Made by a program: the position numbers and the translations under genes
From: Nageia nagi
Taxonomy: Eukaryota > Plantae > Pinophyta
DNA length: 64,000 nt
Direction: 5' to 3'
NCBI GenBank assembly: GCA_050084985.1
Contig: JBITNC010000002.1
Location: 38,130,001-38,194,000 of the forward strand
Shown: piece after piece, positions 49,701 through 61,582 of the stretch
Numbering within the stretch: the stretch's first letter is position 1
Layout: every line of letters starts with the position of its first letter
The notes under the pieces: generated by a model
Database searches by the model: none
Told to the model about the DNA's origin: nothing
Seen by the model: only the letters and a program-made list of their open reading frames with translations

Positions 49701-52700
49701 AAAAGAATTCAACCTTTCATCAGTTCAATCTTCTCTTCAAAGCATTCCAATTTACTTTGTCTCTCTTCAAAATGCCAGTTAATATTTGTGAAAGAATTGA
49801 GCAAATTCAAAGAAAATTTTTGTGGTCAGGTATGGAGGAAAAAAGAAAAATGGCTCTAGTAGCTTGGGACCATTTATGTACTAGAAAGGAGTACGGTGGT
49901 CTTGGATTTAGAAAGATGAAAAGGATGAACATGATTCTTATGGGAAAAACCGGATGGAAAGTGGTTAATGATGAATATACAGGATGGGTTCTGATTTTGA
50001 AGGCGAAATATATGAGGAATTAGAATAGATTCATGAAAGATGAGAATCCAATTAGTGGATCCTTCTTTTGGCATAATCGTCAAAAAACTAAATTCCTTCT
50101 TCAAGAAGGATTTAGATGGCAGATTAAGAATGGAAGGACGGTTAACTTTTGGAGAGACAAATGGATTAAAAATATTCCACTATGTCAACACCCTGAATTT
50201 GCAGAATTAGAACAGGAAGATTCTTCATGGGCAATGGGTTTACAATTTTATTTCCGAAGATACCAATGGCAAATCTTGGAAACATATCCAGGTTGATGGA
50301 TTGGATAATAGGAAAGCACAAGCTTTAAACAAACTTAACAGAATTATTCAGGTCTGCTTTCTAAATAACAGAACAACAGAGAACACACTGATTTGGAAGA
50401 ATGCGAAAGAAGTCTTCAGTAAAATCAGCGTACTATCTTTTGGAAGGTGATGGAATAGGTTGGTTGCTGGTGAACAAGATTCAATTAAAGAATTTGGATC
50501 CCACAGGGAGTTTCTTTTATTGGTTCTCAGGTCTAAATAAAATTTTCACAATGTATAATTTGCTCAAAAGAGGCTTACAGATTTGTACTAGATGCTCACT
50601 ATGTGAAGCAGATTGGGAGGATGTGACTCATTTATTTCTTGGATGCTCCTTTTCTAATGAGGTTCTTAACAGCATCCTTAACAAGTTTGAAGTTGCATGT
50701 ATCCTTCCAAACAATATTGCAGACCTATGTTTGAATTGGGATTCCCTTTTCAAAAGCAAGAGATTTAAGAACTTCATGGAATTTCAGTCTACCTCACTTT
50801 CTCTGGGGTATTTGGAAAGAGCGTAACAAAAGAATTTCAGTTAAATCTACTATGACTAGAATTTGTAATGCTGTTTTGGAAAATGTCGAGATAATAAATT
50901 TTGAAGATACATGGGAAGATTCTTAAGGGGGTATTGGAAAGAGTTGGGGGTTTGATCCTTTATGCAATCCTCCTGTGATACTCTCAACAATAAAGAGACT
51001 CCAAACAAAATGGGAACCCCCACGTAAAGGATGGTTAAAATTGAATTTTGATGGCAAGGCGAAAGGAAACCCTGGCATAGCAGGTGCTGGTGGAGTCTTT
51101 CAAGATGATAAAGGTAAAATTATATTGTTCTATGCTGAAAATCTGGATGTTCAATCAAGTCATTTTGCTGAGATTAGGGCTTTATACCTTGATATAGGAC
51201 TTATTGATAAGATTGGAGTTAAAAATCTTATTATAGAAGGTGATTCAATGAATGTTATTAACTTGATCAAAGGCAATCAAGAATCAAGCTGGAATATAAA
51301 GGATATGATTCGATAACTGAGACAGAAAATTGAAACATTAGATAACGTACAAATTGTCCACCTCTATAGGAAAGGAAACAGTGCTGCAGATTGGGTAGCT
51401 AAATGGGGAATCCAGAATGAAGGGTACAACTACATAATCTTGGAAAACAATTTTTCACAACCTCTTGTGGAGATTACTAGGGCTGAAGTCCAAAGTGCAA
51501 TCAATTGATACTTCAGTTGATAAGAATATTGAGGAAGATTCAATGTAAAGGATAACAATGACTTCAATGGGTTTTGATTTTATAGTATCTCTATTTTCAA
51601 AGAGAAAGGAAGAAAACGAGAACTCCTTTACTAGTTGTTGCATATATATGAAAGTTCTAAATCAAATATGGAAAAAAATTGTCAATGGAGAAATTATTAT
51701 ATTCCATTTGTAATGTTTATTGTAACCTATGCTTTTTAACTGGAGATTCAGGTTGTCCATTGACATGCAATCCATCATCATTTCCGTGACTGGCCTTGGT
51801 ATCTGGCACTTCTTCGCTCATGCTTGGACAATTGGCAGAGCATTTAATGAATGGAGGAAAAGCATATGATATCGTATCTTCCAGAAAATGTTTGAAGCAC
51901 TCTCCCAACTGGAGGCGTTTGTAGAAGTATTGGAGTTCGTATGGTTTACCTACTACATATTGGAGATGGAATTGGGCTGCAGAGTGAAGACTTTATTGCT
52001 AGCAATGGGAGGAGAATTAGTAAAAAGTTAAAAAAGAGCCTGTGAGTTTGAATCTGATGTTCTGAAAGAAAAACATGGAGAGGTAAGTCCAGGAGATTCT
52101 CCATTAAATAAAATAAAGGAAGAACCAATAGAGGAATGTGAAGAGGACAAGGAAGAGAATCAGAATTCCATGCCAAATGATAATCTTGTTATGGATAATA
52201 GAGATGAGGGGGACAATTCCTCTGAAGACATTCCTCAAGATGTTCCACTGTCTTTGGCTCCGAATGTGAATGAAGACACCAGTCTGGAAAAGGAACCTGA
52301 TGATGATCCAGAAGACACTGATTTTGTTATTAACTCTGGACTGAAAACTAATTTGGTTATCTCATGAGATAAAGAGCTTCAGATCTTCTTCCCAGTTGTT
52401 TTAGTTGTTTTTTTGCTGGTATCTTTGTTTTCTTGATATTGTTTCAGTTTGAATTAGTAATAGTTATGATGTATCAACAAATGCAGATGTTCCACTTAGT
52501 ACATTTTCGATGTGTGATGAAGCTGAGAGCTATCTTTTTGCTGATGAAAAAGGGTTGGGGCCCTTTCAAAAACCCCTCCCTCCAATATAATTAAAGAAAA
52601 ACAAATCATGTGATTTTCTATAAACCAATCTATGATATTGAATCCTAAATACATACCTGATCAATGAGTTGCTGAATATTCAAATTGGCTTCTTTAATCC

Positions 52701-55700
52701 CTTTGCTATCTGTTAATTTAATACCATCTATCCACTCCATTGTGAGGACAGCCTTGCGAGTGAAGTCCCAGTAAATTTTTGGAACCTTTACAAAGCTACC
52801 TCTCTTACTTTGATGACCATAACTAGAGGTGCTCTTTCTTGTTTTATCACGGTTTCCTCCAAGTCCATGTTCTTTTGAGGAGCTTCCATAATCTGAAAAG
52901 AAAACTTTCAGTAATATGGAGATGAGATCAACTCATTAACTGAAATAATCTAGTTAATATTGTTATCCCTTATCATCTCTTCACTTCTTACAATTAACTG
53001 AGATCCTCTTATCACCCTGAACTTATGTTTGGACATCCATTTATTAGTATCCAAGTCATAGTAAACAGTATAAAAGCAAACACAAATAAAGAGAATACAT
53101 ACATGTCTAACAAAAGGTATTTACAGACATGAGAAACTCAAGTTCAAGGCTTGATAGCAACTGCAATAAACTAGCCTGGAACTAGTCAAAGACTATCAAG
53201 TGTAGTTTTTGTTTTTTACAACCATACTTGGGGTCATTACAAAGATCAAATCTCTGCAAATATTCTGGTAAGCTACAGATTGCATAAAAATTATTAAAAC
53301 ATATATATATATATAGGGTGAAATGGGATTTCGTTATTCAGTTCAAAATATTTGTACATGCAATTATGTAGTCAATATGCAGTAAAAAGTCTCAGAAATG
53401 CACATAAAACAGATCACAAGAAAGAAGGAATCACCTGCATCAAGACCATACAACCCAGCAAAACGTTCAGCATTCTGTGCTTCAAGGATATAATCAATCT
53501 CTTCAAACATGTGCATAACCTGTATGGAACAGTGTAAACAAGTAGTATAGAAGGCTGCATTGTCTCGATCACTAATAATTCTAATATTTAGCCAATGCTA
53601 TTATGAGAATGTATATAAGATGAAAATAACCAATCCTGTCCATGGTAAAGCTAAAACAACACACTGATTAGAAAGAATTAACTCGCACAGTTTTACAGGA
53701 CTTTATGATGGCCTTTACTGATCATTCAGCACTATATTATATGTGCATTATACATGCTTTTATACAAGGAACACTAATTATAGCTTTCGAAAAGATTTTT
53801 GCAAACTTTTGTTTTTCCTTTTCTAGATTATGCATATTTTTCAAGCTACAAAAGGGCTATGACCATCAGGATAACCATAAACAATAGAAATTCAATGTAA
53901 TGGCATGGAGTTACATCATCATAAGATATTGTCAGTGTTTCGCAGTAATATGCAAGTTGTAACAATCCAATGTCCAAGTAGATTTACACTGTGGAACCAG
54001 TACACCATGTTATGAAACCAAGCACTGACACTAGAGAACTAAGGATCTGCCAGGTCAGTCTCACCATCTCGTTTACTGCACCTATCAAGTCTCCACGAGC
54101 CTTTGCAACTCGCTTCAGCTGGCCCCCAATCATATGTATAAGGTGTGCATCAAGAGCCAACATCAATTGCATTCCAGGTCTCTGTACTTTTACAGCAACA
54201 AGCTCTCCTGAATGCAGATGAGCTGCTCAAGTCCCACAATAAGAACTAATTGGTCATTAAAGATCGCAACATGTGAATCTCTCAAATCTTCAACACCTTT
54301 AACAACCTAAAAATGGAATGATTCATTTCAAGTTATGCATATACTCTTCACCTTTATAAACTTGGCCCAAGGATGCTGCAGCAATAGGTTCTGAACTGAT
54401 ATCAGCAAAAAGCTTTGTGATTGGTTCCCCAAGCTGGGACTCAATAGATTTAATTGCCACTTGAGTAGAAAAAGGTGGTATTTGGTCCTTCCATCATTAA
54501 TAAAAAAGAAGAAAGTAAGCACCAAACACATAATAGTGATAACTTCAAAGTTCAAACTACAGAACTAGATTATAACCTAATGTTATATTTACGAAGCTAT
54601 TAGTATCTGAACTCTAAGAATACATTTATTCTAAAATCTGCATAATCGCACTTTGTTTTAAAATTTAAATGCTAACAAGTTAAACATAGTAAGGCTAATA
54701 TATGTGCAGTTAAAGTCTTTGTCATATGTTTTATTTTGAAAAAATGAGAGATTGTGAAGCAGCACAATTTCCTTTGACAGTCACTATTTTTCATGACCAT
54801 GTAATTAACTTCTGAAGAGTGATTTTCTTGTCGCCGTGGTTCTTATCAATATTTGACATTCTAGAATCTTAATGTTAACATAATTTTACATTTCAAATTC
54901 TTAATAGACAATCTGCAGGCGACTATGTTGATCGTTAATTCCTCAAGTAATAGAAGCTAAATTATTGAAGTCAAATCAGCAAATCAAAGCAACATATCTT
55001 GTACCTTAACTATTAGCAAATTCGAGAATATCTTCTTGATTAGTTTACAAGTAGTTTTCTCTGTATAGAGGAATAAAAATTGAAGTATCATAAGAAACAA
55101 ATGGCCTTATACTAAATAAAATTGAAGTATCATAAGAAACAAATGGCATTATCCCAACAGTATGTATATTATCCCAAAACTACTTAGCATATCAAATGGC
55201 CTTATCCTAAATAAAAATTGAAGTATCATAAGAAACAAATGGCATTATCCCAACAGTATGTATATTATCCCAAAACTACTTAGCATATCAAATGGCCTTA
55301 TCCTAAATAATGTTTCAAAAACAATGCTAATGAATTTTTGAAAGAGTATCCTCGGCTAAATAAAAGACTGGTTATCTTTGTCCACTGTATTGTTGTTTCT
55401 ATGATCCTTCTGAGAAGAATCTAAAAAGACTATAATTCACAAGCAATGATATGAAGTCATGAATGCACTTCACTATAGACTGTAATTCACATAAGAGGTA
55501 GCATACATCTCTATCACTTGATAATGCTTGCAATATTGTCTGATCCAGTTTCAATCCTTGAATGTTAGGACAGCCCCAAAAGGCCACTCTGCACACTATA
55601 CCCCAAGTCAGTCCAGCCAGGCCCACTCAGGCCAGGCCACTCTCCCATGACCATTATCATATCTTGTATCGGATCCTTTGGGACAACTCATGTTGCCTAT

Positions 55701-56924
55701 AGATCTTCTACCACTAAGTATTCTAGTGTTGTTAAGAAACTTAATCATTTGTGGTGTTTCTATTAATGACACTCCGAAGCTATTCAAAATGAATTTGTAT
55801 CATGCTTTGGATTAGTTATTTTTACTCGTTTTCTTGTCTTCTACATCCCTCCTTTGAGCTTAGAGTAATATGTATCCACTTGTTTTTACTTCTCAGGTCC
55901 CATTGACCTATTTTGGTTACTTTTGGACATCAATAAAATTTTCTTATTTCTTTGTTCCTGAAAATGACACCACCAATATCAAAGAGCCCCACTTTGGCAG
56001 CTTTATGATTCTAAAGAACCCTGAAAAGTGTAGCCTTTCACATAATAAGTATTTGGGAACTATATTGTTATCCTTTGTTACAATTAAATATACGATTACT
56101 CTACTTAAACAACCTTTCTCGTGAAATCCAAGCACTTTTGAGAACATTCACATGAAGATCACCTTTCTTGAACACATGATACTGCATGTACATATCAAAT
56201 ATACCTATCGATCTATCTTTCTGCATTACATAACCTGGGTATCTTCACAGTTTTATGTATGTGCTTGCATATAATGATTTCCTTTGTGAATGACTTTTTT
56301 TTGGAGTGGAGAGAATGCATCTTATATAACTGGAACTGTCAAAGAGTATTTACAATATCTGAACATGAGATATGCAAGGAAATACTCTACAATGATTGGC
56401 AAGGAATACACCACCTAAACTTTTCAATCAGGAGGATATCCACATCTCTACGTATCTGAGTAAGCACTGTTCTCAGCAGAAAGATTTCACCAAATAATTT
56501 TTTCTAACTTGTTTGCCCACCAATCTCTACTTCAAACTTATGCCTCTTTACATAACCTATAGAGGTTAGCCTCTAAATGGAACAAAAAATTGACCATTTG
56601 ACTCTATGATCCAGCTGCATTTTGCAGTGAAATGATGTAGAAAATGCTTGACATTGGACTACTTTAACCCCCCACAAAAAAAACAATATTTTTAAATTAA
56701 TGTGTCTTGATACACAAGTTCAAAACTGTACATACATAAATGTCATCCTCGAATGATATCTATCAATAACAAACAAGAGATTTAGCATCTAATGACTGAA
56801 AAATTAATGATAATATGAAAAGGAAAAAATGCACAAAAAAAAGATGGAATACCTGTAATTTCGCAAGTTCCTGACAATAAGCATTAGGCAATATGTCTGG
56901 CCGAGTACTAAGAGCTTGTCCCAG
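43555..56924 (-). CDS. ABC1K2: ABC1/UbiB atypical protein kinase (ABC1K2-like), 3' ten exons: complement(join(43555..43788,44225..44755,46042..46302,46981..47132,49192..49353,52657..52892,53435..53519,54065..54222,54352..54487,56853..56924)); contains a 1-nt frameshift
   Basis: Motifs in the correct order: [81 protein letters not shown]. All introns are GT-AG. The ABC1K family call is firm; the K2 subfamily call rests on recalled similarity. Confidence 0.9.
44225..44755 (-). CDS. ABC1K penultimate exon (VMAIAEQ...[11 protein letters not shown]...ETENEQ)
   Basis: tttcag|GTA...CAG|gtcagt; 531 nt open frame, phase 0/0. Confidence 0.85.
46042..46302 (-). CDS. ABC1K exon ([13 protein letters not shown]...RWHRLERL)
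   Basis: cctcag|GGT...CTT|gtatgt; 261 nt, phase 0/0. Confidence 0.93.
46981..47132 (-). CDS. ABC1K exon with internal 1-nt deletion (LVHFVNRD...GFLP / [16 protein letters not shown]...DFQ)
   Basis: atgcag|CTT...CAG|gtaatt. The exon is 152 nt although both flanking junctions are phase 0; the frame changes at the C4 run 47060-47063. Confidence 0.88.
47728..47997. mobile_element. hAT-like MITE (270 bp) in an ABC1K intron
   Basis: 8-bp flanks ATCTTAAC / ATCTTCAC match at 7 of 8 positions. Imperfect TIRs CATAGTTGCAAAATTC / GAATTTCACTATTAAG match at 11 of 16. Multiple subterminal GAATA/TATTC motifs. Confidence 0.65.
49192..49353 (-). CDS. ABC1K exon with catalytic loop and DFG ([23 protein letters not shown]...DFGMMG...LIRM)
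   Basis: tgctag|GGT...ATG|gtatgt; 162 nt, phase 0/0. Confidence 0.94.
49720..52600 (+). mobile_element. 5'-truncated L1 LINE (RT C-terminus, zf-RVT, RNase H, long 3' region), antisense in an ABC1K intron
   Basis: LQSIPIY..SLFKMP...QRKFLWSG...VAWDHLC..KEYGGLG; VNFWRDKW; [21 protein letters not shown]; [26 protein letters not shown]...IIEGDS; [12 protein letters not shown]-rich end near 52590. Confidence 0.92.
52657..52892 (-). CDS. ABC1K exon (...[28 protein letters not shown]...LIDQ)
   Basis: tttcag|AT...CAG|gtatgt; 236 nt, phase 1/0. Confidence 0.9.
53435..53519 (-). CDS. ABC1K exon ([28 protein letters not shown])
   Basis: atacag|GTT...GCAG|gtgatt; 85 nt, phase 0/1. Confidence 0.92.
54065..54222 (-). 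CDS. ABC1K exon ([17 protein letters not shown]...AVNEM)
   Basis: gagcag|CT...ATG|gtgaga; 158 nt, phase 1/0. Confidence 0.92.
54352..54487 (-). CDS. ABC1K exon (DQIPPF...[10 protein letters not shown])
   Basis: ggaag|GAC...AAAG|gtgaag; 136 nt, phase 0/1. Confidence 0.92.
55070..55310. repeat. Tandem duplications (unit of about 96 bp x2 plus a partial third copy of about 43 bp)
   Basis: aaattgaagtatcataagaaacaaatggc occurs three times; attatcccaacagtatg...ttatcctaaataa occurs twice. Confidence 0.9.
56853..56924 (-). CDS. ABC1K exon ([24 protein letters not shown])
   Basis: ttgcag|CTG...CAG|gtattc; 72 nt, phase 0/0. Confidence 0.92.
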
Positions 56925-58474
56925 CTGCAATCTCCAAAAATAAGCACAAGCAAGTAAAAAGATTAGAAACAGATGGATATTAAACTTCATCACGTTCAAT
57001 TGAATTTTACGACATAAAACAAATGAGCAGCAAAACACAGCTCGGACACTTTAAGATGAAATAGCATGGCAAGTACTGAAAGTTTTCCAGAACATATATA
57101 ATGTAACTTTATCAAGAATTCGCAGAGTTCAGCTTCTAAATGACCCAGAGTTATTCTCTAGTATCAGATTTTTAGTTCTTTCGGATTATTAGGAAGTAGT
57201 TTTTCTCAGTCTTGGGTTTAATAACTCAATACAGATGCTAGCTGCACCCATATGGAGTTTTGGTTGGTTCTTCCACCATGCAATGAGTGGAACCAGTTCG
57301 TTTTGCTGTAGAGGCTGGGGAAAGGTCGAGTTCTCTCCATTAGATAATATAATCCACGCATGCCCTTAAAAAATACAAAGGGGTGAAAGCAGTTCTGAGC
57401 TTCTTCACCCTTTAAATAATAATAACTACACATGTATCTGCCACATAAGATGAACTTGCATAGAACTGTTTGTTAATTCAAATTTGTACCACTACAGGTA
57501 CCAAACTTGTGATAAAGCACGGAATCAAACGAGGCCTCGCCTTTACATTTGTCAAATTTTTAATAACCTTAAAACATAAGGCAAATATTTGCTTTTCCCG
57601 AGATAAGACAAAACTACCAGCCCCTTTTATCAGAAATTATTAGCAGATATAGGATCAAAAACAAAATCCAAAAGAAGCAACCTTGCAATTTAAAATTAGA
57701 AGTAGAGATATAAACAGTTGTTCTGTTCTGCCCTTTTCCAACTTTCTTTTTAAAGAAAAAAAGCATATGCAGAAAATACATCCATGCATTGCAAGCCCTC
57801 GTAAGAATCTCAAATTGAATTAACCAAATGGTGACATAAGAAGTATCTTTTCATTATCTTATCATAAGATGCTATGTTAAAAACCAAGAAATTGTTATGC
57901 ATTATTTCAAACCATTATAAATAAATTTCAAAAATGCACTTATAGGCGCACTCTATGTTTTTGGTGTCCACTCTTTCTTTTCCCAACCCCCTTTTGCCTT
58001 TTTATAGACCTATTAATAAAAGAAAAACTCTTGCAGGAATCTCAAATTGAATCAATAAAAAGGTCACATAAGAAGCCCCTTGTCCATGTCTTGCCATAAG
58101 TTGCTTAATGAAAAAACAACAAATGTTTATTCACTAGCTCATTCCTTTATAAATACAGGTCTGAAATGTATCTGTGGGTACATTCTACGTTTTTTTGTGT
58201 CAAACCATCCAACACTAGGACACATTGTAGTAGGTGCAATAACATTGGGTGTGGTATTCATCCATAGCCTGTATGGATTAGTCAATAATTGTACTTTTTA
58301 GCAAAATGTTTGTGGTCACTTTGTTTCCACTGTCATGATTCACAATTATTACTGACATTAAATGTACGTTATTGAAAACACTCCATATGAATTGTTAGTT
58401 TTAAACTAACTTAAATTAGAGGTGTAATACTACTAAGTATAACCTTGGAATCTGTTCATCAAACACTTATTGCC

Positions 58475-61044
58475 TGTCACAACCCCATTTTGAAAACCTT
58501 TGTTATTAAAACATGTGTAACGAAAAGACATTTACTTGGCATAAACTTACTTAGTGATTGCTTAAGTTGCTTTGTAACTATGGATGATGACTTAATTCCA
58601 TTTGATATTTGACTATTGTTATTTAGTATATTGCATGTTTTATACTTGTACTATGCATGGATACTGATTTTCTTCTCACATGTGGTTTCAGTTCATGCAC
58701 TGATGGAGCCTGCAGAACTCATCAATTGCATGAGAGAGAGAGAGAGAGGCAAAACAGTGAAAATAGGGAATGATGGATCCCTTGTGGATAGCTTGTGTAG
58801 CTCCTTGAAAGAACACTAGCAATGAGCATTGTATTACGAAATATGTTTGTATTAATTATTTTTGCTTTGAGGTTTTGAAATGATTATATGCATTTTTTAT
58901 CTTATAAAACATCTTTAGTACACATATTTAGAAGTTCCAAATGTAATACCTTAATGCATGAAAGATAAGTGAAAAATATTATCTTTTACAAACTGCATGA
59001 AAATATAATATTTTCTTTAAAACATGAACTGCATTATTTCGCTAAAGTAGACATTATGTGAATAAGGAAGGTGAAAGACTTCATGAAAACATTGAGCATA
59101 TAGGCTTAAAGTGGCACTGTAGTTTAGATAGAGCATATTTCATGAAATATGTTTGAAATTGCAACTTTATATGTTATGAATGATTTAGAAAGCTGGGTAT
59201 TCCTAACGAAGTAACAATCCTAAGCTTAAAGTATGGATTCCTTCATAATTCCTGTGAAATCATTTTGATCATTGAGACTTACGATTCTGTTATGGTTTTT
59301 CAAGTAGAAAGCCTTACAAATCAAGAATAACACTCTTAATTTTAAAACTTGAATTCTACTTTACCTCTTATACCCACAAACTTCAAATTCAAAGACTGTT
59401 TGAAGGTTGTAAATCAGAATTTACTTAGCACAATACCCATGTAATTCTGGATGTGTTTCGCAAAATAATGGTATATCTTTCTAGAAAGCTTCCAAGCAAT
59501 ACCCATCTTATTTTGAAATGTATTTCAAGCAAAACAAAAGCATGTCTATCTAAATATGCTTCCATGATCAAAGCTGAGATATGAAAATGGGAAAAGCATA
59601 CTGTTCACTTGTGATTCTTCTTTCTTTTGAACTCTACACTTGATTCTGCAGGGTTTGTCCTTGTGAAATTGCTTCCTAACAGTTTATGCCCTCTCTCTTT
59701 CATCTTGCATGTCCTCAAAGAGATGTTTGTGGGAGGCTTTCTAGATTCCTAGGCATCATACATGCTTACTCCTCCACCTCTCCTAAAACTTCAAGAGAAT
59801 GAAACAGATTTCCACTCCAACATCCTTTCTGTGCATTGGGAAGCTAAATGCTAGGACGACTATAATCACTTTCGCTCTGGGGCAGGTGGTAGTTGCTCCA
59901 TAATGGTTTGTGCCATTTCTATTCTCAGTTCAAAAAGCAAGTTGAGGTGGTGGTTGGCAAATTTGAAACAAATTCATCAAAACGAAAGCATACCTATCTT
60001 AAGTATGAAAAGTATTTGGGATTGACCCAGTAGTCAAAAGTTTTATCTTACTGCATCCTATTCAAAGTAGATGACAATAGAAAATAAGTGACACGTATTG
60101 CTGAGAAAAGAAAGGCAAATACCTTATAATTATGCCTGAAAGAAAACCTGCACATAGGTAGGGAATCATATTTGATAGAAATTCCAATATTTCAAGTTCG
60201 ATTGCAAAAAATAAAATGTTAGGAAATGATTTCCTTATGCCATAATCTTTCAATTATAATGGCTACAATGAGCTTGAGGAGAAGCTTCAATGAAATGTTA
60301 AGTCCATTCTATTTTCTCCTGAATATGGACTATTCTTAAACTGCACAAGTAGTAAACACATCATGCAGAGATAAAATGAATTGAGACTCTCCAATGATGA
60401 AACCAATAGCCTTTTTGCGTATATGGACTATTGTTCCAGTTGGCTGCCTCAAGTGATTGTTGGCTACTTGGACTGTTATAAGTAATAAATAATGAATTGG
60501 CAGAAAATTGTGACTCTGAGAATCAGCTGGAAAAAAGCCATAGGTCCAATGTGACTATGAATGACACCAACTACAGAAGATGAGTGGGATAAATGCTACC
60601 CTTTCTGACTTCGCTTTTTGCTTATGCTCCTCAAAGAAGCTCTCAAGATAGGCACCAATATCCCACACTATCTCTATTTCCATGCTAGAAAATACCTCCT
60701 CATCGCTACATGAAATGTAAGAAAGATGGTATTTGACACAGTTAATCCCACAACGTATAACTTTGCCATATAAACCAAACTTTTGGGTCATTCTGAAATT
60801 CATCAGGGGTATTTGGCTCCATTTCGCAAGTTGCAAAGTGCATCACAAAGGATTTGGAGAAAATGATTGGGAGAGATATATGATCACTTGAAAAGAAGAG
60901 CCACGTAGAAAGAGAAGTGAGTTCGCCATCATTGACCGATGAGGTGATGTCACATGTCCTTTGCATGGGCTGGGAGTGCCAAGGCAAGAAAGAAGGAATA
61001 ATGGTAGTGAGTTGGCCATACAACATGGTTGTGGAGTTATGACA
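58475..61044. mobile_element. Possible long solo LTR
   Basis: Termini TGTCACAACCCC ... GTTATGACA form a TGTCA/TGACA inverted pair. No coding signal and no matching TSD. Confidence 0.3.
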
Positions 61045-61582
61045 ATTGGTGAGGGGAACATGTTTTCAAATCACTGGATGTCGTGGATATTGGGTTAAGT
61101 TAGTTGTCATTGTAGAGGTTTGAGCAGTCCACCCGTGTTGAATAATAAATTTGATTTTGGGATTTGTGTCACCGAAAAAGGCCCAAAGGTGTAAATCTCG
61201 CCCAATTTTTTTGAGGAGGGGGGACGAGTCCCTCCAAATTAAGTAGGGTTTTAATCATTTATTGGATCGTGAGGTTAAAAAACCCCATTTTGATCCACTA
61301 TGATTTGTATTCCATCCACTATCTATTTAGTTGTTCCCCAGTGTCTAAACTCATATTTCGATGGTCTACGAATTGGTCCTTTTCCTACATCAATTTTTTT
61401 TCAAGTACTTTTGGTGGTTCGAATTGGGCATGGGGTTTCAGCTTAGGCGTTTGAGGGAGTTGGGATGCGGGCGAGAGTGGGGGAGGGGTGGGAGTTGGAG
61501 TTAGAGTGACTTCAAGGGGTTCATTAGAAGTAATAGTGTTGTTCTATATCTTATTGCTTTCTTTATTTGTTTCTAAGGTGTT

